Shown here one piece after another: positions 1 through 15,070 of a DNA stretch of 64,000 bases. A program made the position numbers and the translations under genes. Numbering within the stretch: the first letter of the stretch is position 1; the number at the start of each line of letters is the position of its first letter. The DNA lies in the NCBI RefSeq assembly GCF_009914755.1, contig NC_060939.1, one strand, 5' to 3'. The notes beneath the pieces are model-generated. The model worked only from the letters and a program-made list of their open reading frames with translations. It was not told where the DNA came from and searched no databases. This DNA comes from the human T2T-CHM13v2.0 reference genome, Homo sapiens.

Positions 1-1140
1 GTGGTAATCCATGATACTCTCAAATTTTTCCCTTTAAGAAATATATAATCCATGTAACTCTAGCAAATATGTTACATTGCACACTTTCTTAACAAGGAAT
101 GGCTGTTTTCAGGTCTTAGTAGGAAAACAAAGAAACAAACAATGGCAGTTACTATCTGTTTTTTATCACTGATAAGCTACAATAAAGCTCAAATATGACA
201 GTTTAATTGTGTGATATTAAGTAAAAAATGAAAACTATTATAGTTTTACCAAAAGAAACACAAAAAATATGGGAAGAAGTCAAATGAGCATGACATAAGT
301 CCCAAAGATTACACTATGATTCTGAACAGGATTTTCCAAACAAAGGGTATCTACATACAATTTCTGTGGATATTTCTTGTAGTAGAAAGATCCAAAGCAA
401 ATGTAGGCTCAGCCCTACCTTGTCAAAGATAAATATTCAGATAAACTAGAAGTTCCATCTGCTAAAGTGCATCCGCTGACCAGATCTACCATGGCGCTGC
501 TACTTACAGCCATCTAAGAAAGTGGCCTCACTCATGCTCATTCACTCGTTCTGTGGCCTATCAAGAGTCACACATAACAATGGTTTTGCTTTTCTTTAAA
601 AAAAAACAAATACTTTATACAGTGAACTACAGAAAAAACAATTCTAAATATACTTTTAAAATTCTAGAGAGTTAAGGTAACCTCATTTTTTAAAATACTG
701 AAAATGTAAAGGGTCCATATAAAGAGTTGTATTAAGTACATACTTCCTATTTTAATAATTCACTTGCTGTGCTCTTAAAATCTCTATGAGAGAAGCAGAT
801 ATTTTACTCGTGTCTTTTGGCAAGAGATTCAAAAGCAAAAGTAGCAGGGCTGTAAAATTTCATAAAATTTGTGGGATTTTAAAAAGCTAAATTACTCAAT
901 ATTTTGTATTGTTATTGCACTCATATATTGCCCGGAATATATATACAGCAACCCAGCAACAGTGATTGCAACAAAAGTAAGGTAAATAGGTCTACAAAGC
1001 ATTTGATTTCCTTATTAGATAAGTGAAGTTTTCATAGAGGAAGTGCAAATTCAGATCAGGTTACATAAGCTTAACAATTATTCAAACCTTATATAAAATT
1101 AAATCTAACCCTCACCACTACAAATCTGTAAGGAATCACT

Positions 1141-1788
1141 GTCAGGAATCTACAGGACTTGGCTCATATTTACATTCGACACACACTTAGAAATTTCATA
1201 AATGATGAGATGCAGGCCAAGGGGATTCCTCAAAGGGCTCCACCCAAAAGGAAAAGAAAGAGAATTAAACAGAGAATTACCACTTACGTATTTGTGGATA
1301 ATCAGCTTATTCCTCAGCCTCTAGACAGGGAGGAGGATGAAAAAATGGAAGAAAATAATAAAGAAGAGGAAGAAAAATATCACAGTGAAGCGATGAAGCC
1401 AGAGAAGCCACCTCAAAATTTACTGAGAGAAAAAATCATGAAGCTGCCCCTCCCTGAATCTTTAAAAGCTTACTTGACATATTTTAGAGACAAATAACTT
1501 AGATCAAGAAGAAAGAATGCCTACTGATAATTCCTTTAGTCTTGAAAATGTAGCATTTGTTAGGAATTAAAAGAATTATTTATTTCATCAGAGCAAATTA
1601 TAGTGGAAAAAATATCACTTGTTACTGTCAGTAACATAAATGATGTATGAGTGAATAAAAGAATCCCTTTTATAAAATCTATTTTTCTTTAAATCTTGGA
1701 AAATTGTTGTTTCACCTCAGAGTGATTTCAAAGTGGAATGTAACAGTAGTCAAGACTTGTGTGCTATAAATCCTTTTCTGATTCCTTA
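1141..1788 (+). pseudogene. PCMTD1P: PCMTD1 pseudogene fragment (last coding exon, SOCS-box-like C-terminus, plus part of 3'UTR)
   Basis: 1141-1497 reads VRNLQDLAHIYIRHTLRNFINDEMQAKGIPQRAPPKRKRK...KLPLPESLKAYLTYFRDK*, matching the PCMTD1 C-terminus. No upstream exons or start codon. AT-rich UTR-like sequence runs to the D4Z4 join at about 1789. Confidence 0.9.
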
Positions 1789-3958
1789 CGGATCTCGTTC
1801 ATTTTCATGTAGAAAACGAGAGCGAAACTACAGAGAAAAGAAAGGCCCGGTGCATCAGGGCCTGAAGAGGGATTCCTGTTTCCTGCAACATGGGGAGTCT
1901 CCACTATGGCCTGTTTCCAAACAGGGAAGAAAGGAGAGCGAAGACACGATGCTGTTTTTCCACGGTTCTCTGGAGGTTTCTGTGTCCCCAGAGAGCTCGG
2001 GAAACAAACAGTCAACATGGTCACGCTTTCGGGGGCCAGAGATGCATGAGCAACAGGTCCCCTTGCAGAAGGCAAAGGAACGTGGAACCCGAAACCACGC
2101 TTCAGTCGGCCTGAGTGTGACTCCTGTGTGGACGAGACTATCCACCTAGCTCTCCGTTGCAGGCTCAACGTGGGGCTATCTCATCTGTGAACCATGTGGA
2201 TGAAAAATGGACAATCACCCGAGTCTCGGCTCATTGCTCTCTGGGCAATTCCCTCATTCCTTGGGAGACGAAATTCGGCTGAATCGCTTTCGGATGAAGT
2301 AACCCAGGCCGGCGATCCAGAGGGCCGGTGAGAGCCCCGCAGGCCGACGCGGCTGTGGGCCGAGCACTTAGCCTGCATTGTGCACCCAACATTTTCCCGG
2401 AGTGCAAGATCCTGGTGGTCCTGGAGGCAGAAGACTGCTTTTCTCTCTGCCTTCCTCTCTCTGTTTATTGCTCCCTCCCTCCCTCTTTCCCCCGTCCCTC
2501 CCGCAGTTCCTCCCCCCCTCATTCCCTCCCTCCCTCCCTCCTTCCCTCTCTCCTTCCTTCTATCCCTCCATCCTTTCCAAGGTCCCTCGGTCCATCCGTT
2601 CTTTCCTCCCTCCATCGCTCCCTCCCTCTCTGTCTCCGTTCCTCTCCCCATCTCTGCCTGAGTTCCCTCCCGCGTAGAAAGGGCAGCACCCCGGTTTGCG
2701 CGGGGTCTCGGGTCTGCATTTAGCTATCAGGCGCTCCACGGTGATGCCGAGGAAGCTGGCGGGGCAAGGGTAGGCGAGTGACGGTGTGGTGGGGATGCAG
2801 GTTGGCGAGACGCGGAAAGAAGAGCAGACCTGGCACCTGCCCGGGCCAGTGTTTCCCGGGATGGAGGTCTCCGCCCGTCCCACTGAAGAAGGCGGTGGGG
2901 GGCAAGAGGGAAGTGATGAGAACTCCACCTAGGCTAGTTAGAAAACCTAGGCTACTGCCTGCTAACCCGCGCATGAGCAGTAGACAGTCCGCCTCCCGGT
3001 ACCTGGAGGGGCCCTGGGATCCCCGGGATGCTCAGAAAAGAATGACAGCCCTCCTCTGAGTGGAGTCTCTCACGGGACCTGGAACTCAGGGATCCTAGGC
3101 AGGTCAGCTGGAAGGGAAGACACGCCTCTCCATACCAAGTCAGAGGTTCACTGTGAAAGAGAGGCCGCCGCCCTGCCCCTACCCAGCCCCAACCCCGCGT
3201 CCTAAAGCTCCTCCAGCACAGCCCGCTGTTCTTCCTGGCTGAGGAGTGCTTCCAGCGGAGCGGGCTCTTCCACGTCCTTCAGCTCCCCCAGTGGCGCCGG
3301 ATCTAGGAAAAGTTGTGCCTTTTGCTGGAACTCTCGGGTTTACTGGCTGGGGGTTTACTGGCTGGGGGTGAGTGTAGATGAGCGCCCTGGCTCATGGAGC
3401 GGTTGGGAGGCGCCTGGATGGCTTGCATATGTGCTTGACCCGGAGGCCTCTGAGGTCGCGAGCTTCGGAAGTGGAGGTGCCCCGTCTTCGGTTTCCCACG
3501 CCGCCCTGGCGACCTGGGGCTCCAGCCCCACCACGGACTCTGGTGGGATGTGGGTGGCGCAAACATACTTTGCCCCTGTGACTCAGCTTGAGGGTACCCA
3601 AGCTGTCCCACTGAGCATGCACCCAGCAGGCCGCCGTGCTGCGGGTCCTGGTCCTCCTGGCATTTTCGGGGTGCGGAGGCCACCGAGGAGTCTGAGGGTG
3701 GGACAGTCCTACTTCTAGAGGGGCCAGGGCAGCAAACACAAAATCCCCGCGTGCCGGGGCACGTTGAGAGATTCCTTCTGCCTGTGCAGCCTGGCTAGGC
3801 TGGAGCGGTGGGACGGCCCTTGCTCCCTGGCTCACGAAAGCCCCCTGTGGGAGAGCCCCAGGCGTGCAGGGTGTGTGGGGTGCGGCAAGCCCCGTTCCCC
3901 ATGCCCCGGTGTGGGTGAACTCGATTGAGGAGGGAGGAGGATGACACCCGCCGGGGGT
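1789..3958 (-). repeat. D4Z4-like (3.3 kb family) partial repeat: distal part of one unit plus about 1.2 kb of the next
   Basis: GC-rich with a GGGA-rich tract (2470-2650). The conserved KpnI unit-boundary site GGTACC is at 2998-3003. Downstream sequence continues into next-unit D4Z4 rather than the pLAM poly(A) region. Confidence 0.85.
3202..3958 (-). pseudogene. DUX4L: DUX4-like pseudogene, C-terminal part only, frameshifted
   Basis: Minus-strand peptides [29 protein letters not shown]..., [12 protein letters not shown] and ...LEALLSQEEQRAVLEEL* (stop 3202-3204) lie in different frames. Both homeodomains are absent. Confidence 0.92.
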
Positions 3959-4325
3959 GTTAATTAGTAAGCACAGTGGCCTCAAAGAGCTCAAATGAAA
4001 GGAAGAATTGCACGTCTCTCACTTGAAGTCCAGAGCTAGAAATGATTAAGCTTAGTGAAGATGTAAAATTTTCATTGCTAGAGAGATGTCCACACTTGGC
4101 TTCAAAACTTCAAAGGATGGGCTGACTCTCTTTGAGGACCACTGCTGTTGGTGACTTTAAGTTACAGCCAGTGCTCATTGACCACTCTGAAAATCTCAGG
4201 GCCGTTAGGAATTATGCAAAATCTATTCTTTCTGTGCTCTAGAAATGGAACATTACAGTCTGAGTGACAACACATCTGTTAAGAGCATGGTTTACTGAAT
4301 ATTTTAATCCCACTATTGAGACCTA

Positions 4326-4724
<399 letters not shown>

Positions 4725-5601
4725 ATTGCTGCTTATTGACAATTCACCTAGCTACCCAAAAGCTTAGATGGAGATGTACTTGGAAATTAATATTATTTTC
4801 ATGGCTGCTAATACAATATCTATCCTTCAGCCTGTGGATCAAGGAGTGGTTTTGACTTTCAAGTGTTTTTATTAAATAATAAATGCATTTTGTAAAGGTA
4901 TAGCTGTCATAGATAGTAATTTCTTTGATGAATATGGATAAACTGAATTGAAAACCTTTTGGAAAGGTTTCACCATTAATCCTTTCATGATATTTCAACC
5001 TCTTCCCGTGAATCATAAATGTTCTTAATAGCAAATGCCATTAAGGACATTTGTGATTGATGGGAGGAGGTTGAAATATCAACATTAACAGGAGTTCGGA
5101 AGAAGTTGATTCCAGCCCTCATGGAAGACTTTGAAGGCTCAGGATGTCAGTGGAGGAAGTCCCTACAGATGTGGTAGAAATCGCAAGACAACCAGAATTA
5201 GAATTAGGGCCTTTAGATGAGATTAAATTGCTGTAAACTCATGATGAAACTTGAGCATCTGGGGAGTTGCTTCTTATGGATGAGCAAAGAAAATATTTTC
5301 TTGAGATGGAATCTACTCCAGGTGGAGATGCTACGAACATTGTTGAAATAACAACAAAGTGTTTAGAATATTCCATAAACCTAGTTGATAAAGCAGCAGC
5401 AGGGTTTGAGAGGGTTTACTCCAATTTTGAAAGAAGTTCTACTGTGAATAAAATGCTATCAAACAGCATCACATGCTACAGGGAAATATTTTGTGAAAGG
5501 AACAAACTTCGTTGTTTTAAGAAATTGACACAAGCACCCAACCTTCAGCAGCACCCACACTGATCAGTCAGCAGCCATCAACATAGAGGCAAGACCCTCA
5601 C

Positions 5602-6632
5602 TGTAAGAGAAAAGAAAGAGAGATCAGACTATTACTGTGTCTATACAGAAAGGAAAGACGTAAGAGGCTCCATTTTGAAAAAGACTTGTACTTTAAACAA
5701 TTGCTTTGCTGAGATGTTGTTAATTTGTAGCTTTGCCCCAGCCACTTTGCCCCAGCCACTTTGACTCAACCTGGAGCTCACAAAAACATGTGTTGTATGA
5801 AATCAAGGTTTAAGGGATCTAGGGCTGTGCAGGATGTGCCTTGTTAACAAAATATTTACAAGCAGTATACTTGGTAAAAGTCATCGCCATTCTCTAGTCT
5901 CAATAAACGAGGGGCACAATGCACTGCAGAAAGCCGCAGGGACCTCTGCTCTTGAAAGCGGGATATTGTCCAAGGTTTCTCCCCATGTGATAGTCTGAAA
6001 TATGGCCTCATGGGATGAGAAAGACCTGACTGTCCCCCAGCCCGACACCCGGTAAGGGTCTGTGCTGAGGTGGATTAGTAAAAGAGGAAAGCCTCTTGCA
6101 GTTGAGATAGAGGAAGGCCACTGTCTCCTGGCTGTCCCTGGGAACTGAATGTCTCAGTATAAAACCTGATTGTACATTTGTTCAATTCTGAGATAAGAGA
6201 AAAACCGCCCTATGGTGGGAGGCGAGACATGTTTGCAGTAATGCTGCTTTGTTATTCTTTACTCCACTGAGATGTTTGGGTGGAGAGAAACATAAATCTG
6301 GCTTATGTGCACGTCCACTCATAGTACCTTCCCTTGAACTTAATTATGACATAGATTTTTTTGCTCACATGTTTTTTGCTGACCTTCTCCTTATTATCAC
6401 ACTACTCTCCTACTACATTCCTTTTTGCTGAAATAATGAAAATAATAAGCAATAAAAACTGAGGGAACTCAGAGGCCGGTGCCTGTGCAGGTCGTTGGTA
6501 TGCTGAGCGCCGGTCCCCTGGGCCTACTGTTGTTTCTTTATACTTTGTCTCTGTGTCTTACTTCTTTTCTCAGTCTCTTGTCCCACCTGACTAGAAATAC
6601 CCACAAGTCTGGAGGGGTGAGCCACCACTTCA
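5602..6632 (+). mobile_element. Solo HERV-K(HML-2) LTR, LTR5A-like
   Basis: TG...CA termini, 1031 bp, start tgtaagagaaaagaaagagagatcagac. TATAAAA at 6158, AATAAA at 6451. TSD ctcac at 5597-5601 and 6633-6637. Confidence 0.9.
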
Positions 6633-6934
6633 CTCACCAGCAAAAAGATTATGACTTGGTAAGGCTCAGATATTCATTAGTATTTTTCAGCAATGAGGTA
6701 TTTTAAGTTAAGGTATGTACATAGTTTTGTAGACATAATGCAATTACTAATTAATTAATTAATTAATAATTATTAAATACTCATTAGACTACAACATAGT
6801 TTAAGCATAACTTTTATAAGCACTGGGAAACAAAGTGTTTATGCGACTAACTTGTTTGTAACATTTACCTTCTTGTGGTTGTCTGGAACCAAACCCACAC
6901 TATCTCTGAGTATGCTTGTAGGTTTTTCATTGTT

Positions 6935-7401
<467 letters not shown>

Positions 7402-7864
7402 TGCCTTTTCTTTCTAGTGGCACAAGCCCCATGGAGTGTGGTGCGTCTGATCTCCGATGCTTTTGAACAGTGTAGAAAGTATTGCTGTCTGAATTTAATT
7501 TTTTACTACATGTATGGTCTCGATCGACCACAAGAAGATCAATAAGCCCTTCTCCTTATTCTACTTCCCTTTCTAGCAATGGAGAACTTTGATTGGATTT
7601 TTCCTGCCTACAGACAGGAATGAGTCTGCTGTTTTCTTTTTTAAACCCGAGGGGACTGGGCCTGAGGGCCTTGAGCGCGGCCACCCTCCCCCAACCCCCA
7701 ACTGGTGATTGTGGTGGTGGTGGTTTTGTGTTCCAGCTTCTGTTCTGTTGTTGTTGTTGCTGCTGGTGGTGCTGTCGTCATTGTTTTGGTATTTTACAGA
7801 CTCAGGGGGTGTACGTGCTTGTTTGTTAGAAAGGCCTACTGCTGCCTCCAGTTGTAGAAGTGGA

Positions 7865-8110
7865 CCTCCAGTGTATCCGATACCCAAGTGGCGAACATTG
7901 TCTCTGACGGGCGATTTATTCATCCCTCGTCCCCCTCTTACCCTCCTCCTCCCTTTTGGAGTGTCTGCTATTTCCATCTTGATGACCGTGTGCGTACCCA
8001 CTGTTTACCTCCCACTTGTAAGCAGAAGACAGTTCACTGGGTACATACTTGCTTCCAGCTCTATCCATATTGTGGGAAAAGACGTGAAATCGCTCTTTTT
8101 TGTGCCTGCA
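7865..8110 (-). mobile_element. Old L1 3'-end fragment
   Basis: cccttttggagtgtc...gtacccactgtttacctcccacttgtaag resembles the antisense L1PB/old L1PA 3'UTR. Confidence 0.55.
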
Positions 8111-9165
8111 CCATTGGAGAATTTTAACTTTCTTGGTGGTTGTTTTCCTTTTTCCTTTTCTTTTCTTTTCTTTTTTTTTTATTTCTTTTCTTTTCTTTCT
8201 TCCTCCTCCTCCTCCTTCTTTTTTTCATTGTTTTCAGCTGGGCTCTCCTACTTGTGTTGCTCAGTTGCTCGGGCTTGTCTCAAACTCCTGGCCTTGACAC
8301 TTCTCCCGTCACATCCACCGTCTAGTTGTTGAAATGAGCATCTCTTTTAAAATTGAAAAGATGAAAAAAATAAAGAGAAAGACAAAAAGCATGGGGTGAA
8401 CGTTTCTCTTGCCGCCTCCCAGGGTGTACCTTGGACCCCATAGGAGGGAGGGAGCTTGACTGGGTGGGTTTTTGGTGCTAAATCCTCCCGAGGGCCTCCT
8501 TCCCTCTTCCCCTTGTCCCTGCTTCTCCCCCAGCCAAGGCTCCCACCACCGCGATGGGATTTTCCATGGGAGAGGTATGGGAGAGGACAGACGTGGCTTC
8601 CAGATCTATATCCTGCCAGACGTCTCTGGCTCAGCATCCCCCACCAGCTGCCTGCCACCTTCCAGGGAGCTCTGAGGCCGATGCCCCTCCCCCCTTCACA
8701 TCCCGCCGCCCTCCTCCAGCTGGCCTTTGCCCGGCGACCCCAAGGGAAGGACGTTGATGCTGCTTTGGAATCCTGCAACGAAGACTTCCACCAGATGCCC
8801 CGGGTGGGCCGGATGGGATGGACTGGATCACCCCGGACCGTGCTGTTCTTGGGGGTGGGTTGACGTACAGGGTGGACTGGCAGCCCCAGCATTGTAAAGG
8901 GTGCGCAGGTATGGAAATGTCACATAGGATGCCCTCCTTTCCCTCAGCCTGCCTTCAGCTTCCTCAGGCATGAAGACAACTTCCCATCAGAACCTCTTTT
9001 CTTCCCTTTCTCCACCACACAGACGAGACCCATGAGAGGGAGAAACAGCTCAATAGATACTGCTGACCTTCATTTGTGGAATCCTCAGTCATCTACAGAC
9101 AGAGAGGTGACTAGACAGGGACCCAAATCAAACACCATTTCGGGGTCCTCATGGTGGGATTGCTC

Positions 9166-9167
9166 TT

Positions 9168-9216
<49 letters not shown>
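9166..9216 (+). repeat. (CT)n(CA)n microsatellite
   Basis: Seen directly. Confidence 0.95.
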
Positions 9217-9218
<2 letters not shown>

Positions 9219-9348
9219 TTCCACATCTAGTTCACAAACCACACTAATTTACACTTTTCACATTATGCAGTCTGAGTAAAACCCACCCCACCCTCCACCC
9301 AGCTGCTGACGAAACCCCTTCTCTACAACTTATTAAAAAGATTATCTG

Positions 9349-9642
9349 GGCCGGGCACAGTGGCTCACGCCTGTCAATCCAGCACTTTGGGAGGCCAAGG
9401 CGGGTGGGTCACTTGAGGCCAGGAGTTCAAGACCAGACTGGCCAACATGGCGAAACCCCATTTCTATGAAAAATAGAACAATTATCCAGGCCTGGTGGCA
9501 TAGGTTTGTAATCACAACTACTCAGAAGACAGAGGCGGGTGAGTTGCTTGAACCAGGGAGGCCGAGGTTGCAGTGAGCTGAGATCGTGCCATGGCAATTA
9601 TTGAGATAAAGTGAGACTCTGTCTCAATAATAATCATAATAT
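9349..9642 (+). mobile_element. AluS element
   Basis: ggccgggcacagtggctcacgcc start, dimer, (AAT)n tail. Confidence 0.88.
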
Positions 9643-9797
9643 TGTTATAAGATGAGTTGTGCGTGCTGATACCCGACTGTAGTCGCAGCTACTCGGGAGG
9701 CTGAGACAAGGAGAAGATCACTTGAGGCCCCACAGGTCGAGGCTTCAGTCAGCTGTATCCTGGGTAGTCACTAGTCAAAGAGATATGCCCCTCCCCG

Positions 9798-9950
9798 TTT
9801 TCTTTTCTTTTCTTTTCTTCTTTTCTTTTCTCTCTTCTTTTTTCTTCTCTCTTCTTCCTTCCTTTCTTTCTTCTTTCTTTCTCTCGCTCTCTCTCTTTCT
9901 TTCTCTCTTTCTTTCTCTTCTTTCTTTCTTTCTTTCCCTTTCTTTCTTTC

Positions 9951-9994
<44 letters not shown>

Positions 9995-10065
9995 TTCTTT
10001 CCTGCCTGACTGACTTCCTGCCTTTCTTATTTTCTCCCTTCATCTCTTCCTCCCTTCCTTCTTTC
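9798..10065 (+). repeat. (CTTT)n/(CT)n pyrimidine tract
   Basis: Seen directly. Confidence 0.95.
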
Positions 10066-10770
10066 CTCCCGCCTCGGCCTCCCAAAGTGCTGGGATTACT
10101 GGCCTGAGGCACCATGCCTGCTTGGCCTAAAGAGAGACCCTTTGAAAGTAAGACACAGACAGCGCCTTCTAGTGATCTGATTGATTGATTGACTGATTTA
10201 GAGACAGCGTCTCGCTCTGTCACCCTGGCAGTGGTGCCATGATAACTCACTCACTGCAGCGTGGAAGCTCCTGGATTCAAGTGATCCTTCCACCTCAGCT
10301 TCCAGAGTAGAGTACCTGGGACCACAGGCATGCGCCACTGTGCCCAGATCATTTTTATTTATTTATTTATTTTTTTTCCCGAGACAGAGTTTCGTTCTTG
10401 TTGCCCAGACTGGCGTGCAATGGTGTGATCTTGTCCACTGCAGCCTCTGCCTCCCGGGTTCAAGCGATTCTCCTGCGTCAGCCTCCAGAGTAGCTGGGAT
10501 TGCAGGCATGCGCCAACACGTCTGGCTGATTTTGTATTGTTAGTAGAGATGGGGCTTCTCCATGTTGGTCAGGCTGGTCTCGAACTCCCGACCTCAGGTG
10601 ATCTGCCCTCCTCGGCCTCCCAAAGTGCCGGGATGGCAGACGTGAGCCACTGCTCCTGGCCTTCATTTTTAAATGTTTTTCCACAGACAGGGTCTCATCA
10701 TTTTGTTGCAACCCTCCTGACCCAGCGTCTCAAAGTGCTGGCGTGACAGGCGTGAGCCACTGTGCCTGGA
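10065..10770 (-). mobile_element. Alu cluster: fragments plus a full AluSp/Sq-like element at about 10350-10661
   Basis: gagtttcgttcttgttgcccag and cgaactcccgacctcaggtgat, with flanking partial arms. Confidence 0.82.
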
Positions 10771-10904
10771 CTCCGGGGAATGATTCACGACCATGATCGC
10801 TGTACTAATTCTTTCTTTCTTCTTTCTTTCTTTCTTTCATTGATGAATTTTTTTATTATTGATTGATTGATTGATTGATTTTGAGACGGAGTCTCGCTCT
10901 GGTT

Positions 10905-10935
10905 GAGGCGAGGCGAGGCGAGGCGAGGCGAGGCC
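10905..10935 (+). repeat. (GAGGC)n
   Basis: About 6 tandem copies. Confidence 0.9.
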
Positions 10936-11314
10936 AGGTGCATCGCTTTGGAAGACGCAGCACCGCCTTCTAAAGCCCCATTCAAATGCACAACCCAGAG
11001 GCTGGCTGCGGCTGAGGATTAGGGGGTGTGGGTGGGGCTGGAAACTCGGTCCCCTATTGTTGAAAGCTCAGCCAAGACATCCCCCGACCCCCATCGCTTG
11101 ATCACCCTTTGAGATCCCCTGACTCCACCGCCTTGGAGGCTGACCTCTTACTTTAATTTGTCTTTCTTCCTTTCCTGCGTTTGAGGAGGGGATGCAGGAA
11201 TGAGGGTGTGTATGGGGAGGTGGTGTGGGGTGGGGACGGAGGGGAGCGTCCTAAGGGCCGATTTAGTGTCATGCCTCTTTCACTGCCACCGCCGAAGATG
11301 AAAGCAACAATCAG

Positions 11315-11586
11315 CTAAATACCGCGTGTTCTCATCCATAAGTGGGAACTTATAGATGACAGTTCTGCATGGGCAGAACGAGGAGGACCAGAGAAGCGGG
11401 AGCCTACTTGAGGGAGGAGGGGTGGAAGGAAAGACAGCTTCAGGAAAAAACAAAACATGAAAACTGTCGAGTACTGCGCTGAGTATCTGGCTGATGAAAT
11501 CATCTGCACACTGAACACCCCCCCGTCAGAAGTTTACCTATGTAACAATCTTGCACATTTATGTTTGAACAAGAAATGAAAGTTAG
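11315..11586 (+). mobile_element. Old L1 3'-end fragment, followed by a (GA)n tract to about 11655
   Basis: aaataccgcgtgttctcatccataagtggg...gtttacctatgtaacaatcttgcaca. Confidence 0.7.
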
Positions 11587-11747
11587 GGGAGAAAGAGAGA
11601 GAGAGGGAGAGAGAGAGAGAGGGAGAGAGGGAAAGAGAGAGAGAGAGAGAGAGAAGTGAAACGAAACAGCACCTCCTGTACCTGAGTCAGGGGGTTTCCG
11701 GCCTTTTGGGGGAACATTCAGCGACAATGCAGTATTTGGGCCTGTTC

Positions 11748-12040
11748 TTTTTTTTTTCTTCTTTTCTTTTTTTTTGGACTGAGTCTCTCTCGCTCTGTCA
11801 CCCAGCCTGCATTGAAGTGGCGCTCTCTCGGCTCACTGAAACCTCTTCTTCCCGGGTTCCAGTGATTCTTCTTCGGTAGCTGGGATTACAGGCGTGCACC
11901 ACGACAGCAGGCTAATTTTTCTATTTTTAGTAGAGACGGGGTTGCTCCATGTTGGCCACGTTGGTATTGAACTCCTGACCTCAAGTGATCCACCTTCCTG
12001 GGCCTCCCAAAGTTCTGGGACGACAGGCCTGAGCCGCCGG
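11748..12040 (-). mobile_element. AluS element, diverged
   Basis: T-rich start followed by a reverse Alu dimer. Confidence 0.85.
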
Positions 12041-12314
12041 GATTTCAGTCTTTAAAAGCAGGAGCCATGACACTTTTCGCTGCGGCCCTTACACTCAGAA
12101 TGACGTGTCGTCTCTGCCATAGGTTAACTCCTTGGGTCCCCTACGCCATTGTACTCTAGCCTGGGCAGCAAGAGCAAAACTCCGTCCCCCCACCTTCCCG
12201 TGCAAATAAATAAATAAATAAATAAACAAACAAACAAATAAATAAAATCTCTACACATGACCTATAAGTGTGCATTCCCATGAGTGATTTCTAAGAAATG
12301 GCACTGTACACTGA

Positions 12315-12705
12315 ACACAGTGGCCCACGTCTGTCATCCCAGCACTTTGGGAGGCCAAGGTGGGTGGTTCACGAGGTCAGGAATTCAAGACCAGCCTAGC
12401 CAACATGGTGAAACCCCTTCTCTACTGAAAATACGAAACTGAGTCAGGCGCAGTGGGGCAGGCACGTGTAATCCCAGCTACTCGGGAGGTTGAGGCGGGA
12501 GAATCGCTTGAACCTCGCAGGTGGAGGTTTCAGTGACCCAGGATGTTGCCACTGCACTACAGCCTTGGCGACAGAGTGAGACTTGGTCTCCAAATAAATA
12601 AATAAATAAATAAATGAAAGAAAGAAAAGAAAAGAAAAGAAAAGAAAAGAAAAGAAAAGAAAAGAAGAGAAAAGAAAACCAGAAAAGAAAGAAAATGAAA
12701 GAAAA
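12315..12705 (+). mobile_element. AluS element with (TAAA)n and (GAAAA)n tail
   Basis: Alu dimer 12315-12592, then simple repeats. Confidence 0.85.
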
Positions 12706-12734
12706 GTCACTGTATCGCTACTGGGCTAGGACCT

Positions 12735-14515
<1,781 letters not shown>

Positions 14516-14765
14516 AGAGCCCCTTTGCCGGGGAGGGCCCTGCCCCTTCCACGAAAGTGAGAAGCGCCTGCTTAGAGAGGCCGAGAGGTATCTAGACAGA
14601 CGGTCCTTGCTAGGCTTCGCCACTCGGTGTATGATTTCGAGGGGTCGAGGCCGGGTCCCCACTTGGATGGAAGGGGCATTTTCAAACGTTTCTCCCTGTC
14701 ATGTGTGGCGTCCCTACTTCTCGTATTTCCCTGATAAGCTCCTCGACTTAAAAATACATGGTTGA

Positions 14766-15070
<305 letters not shown>

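Noticed and set aside
400-575. Possible minus-strand exon (AG...GT bounded)
   Set aside because: No recognisable protein or homology; splice-like dinucleotides alone are insufficient.
3202-3994. Functional DUX4 gene
   Set aside because: No homeodomains, frameshifts, no start context and no poly(A) exon.
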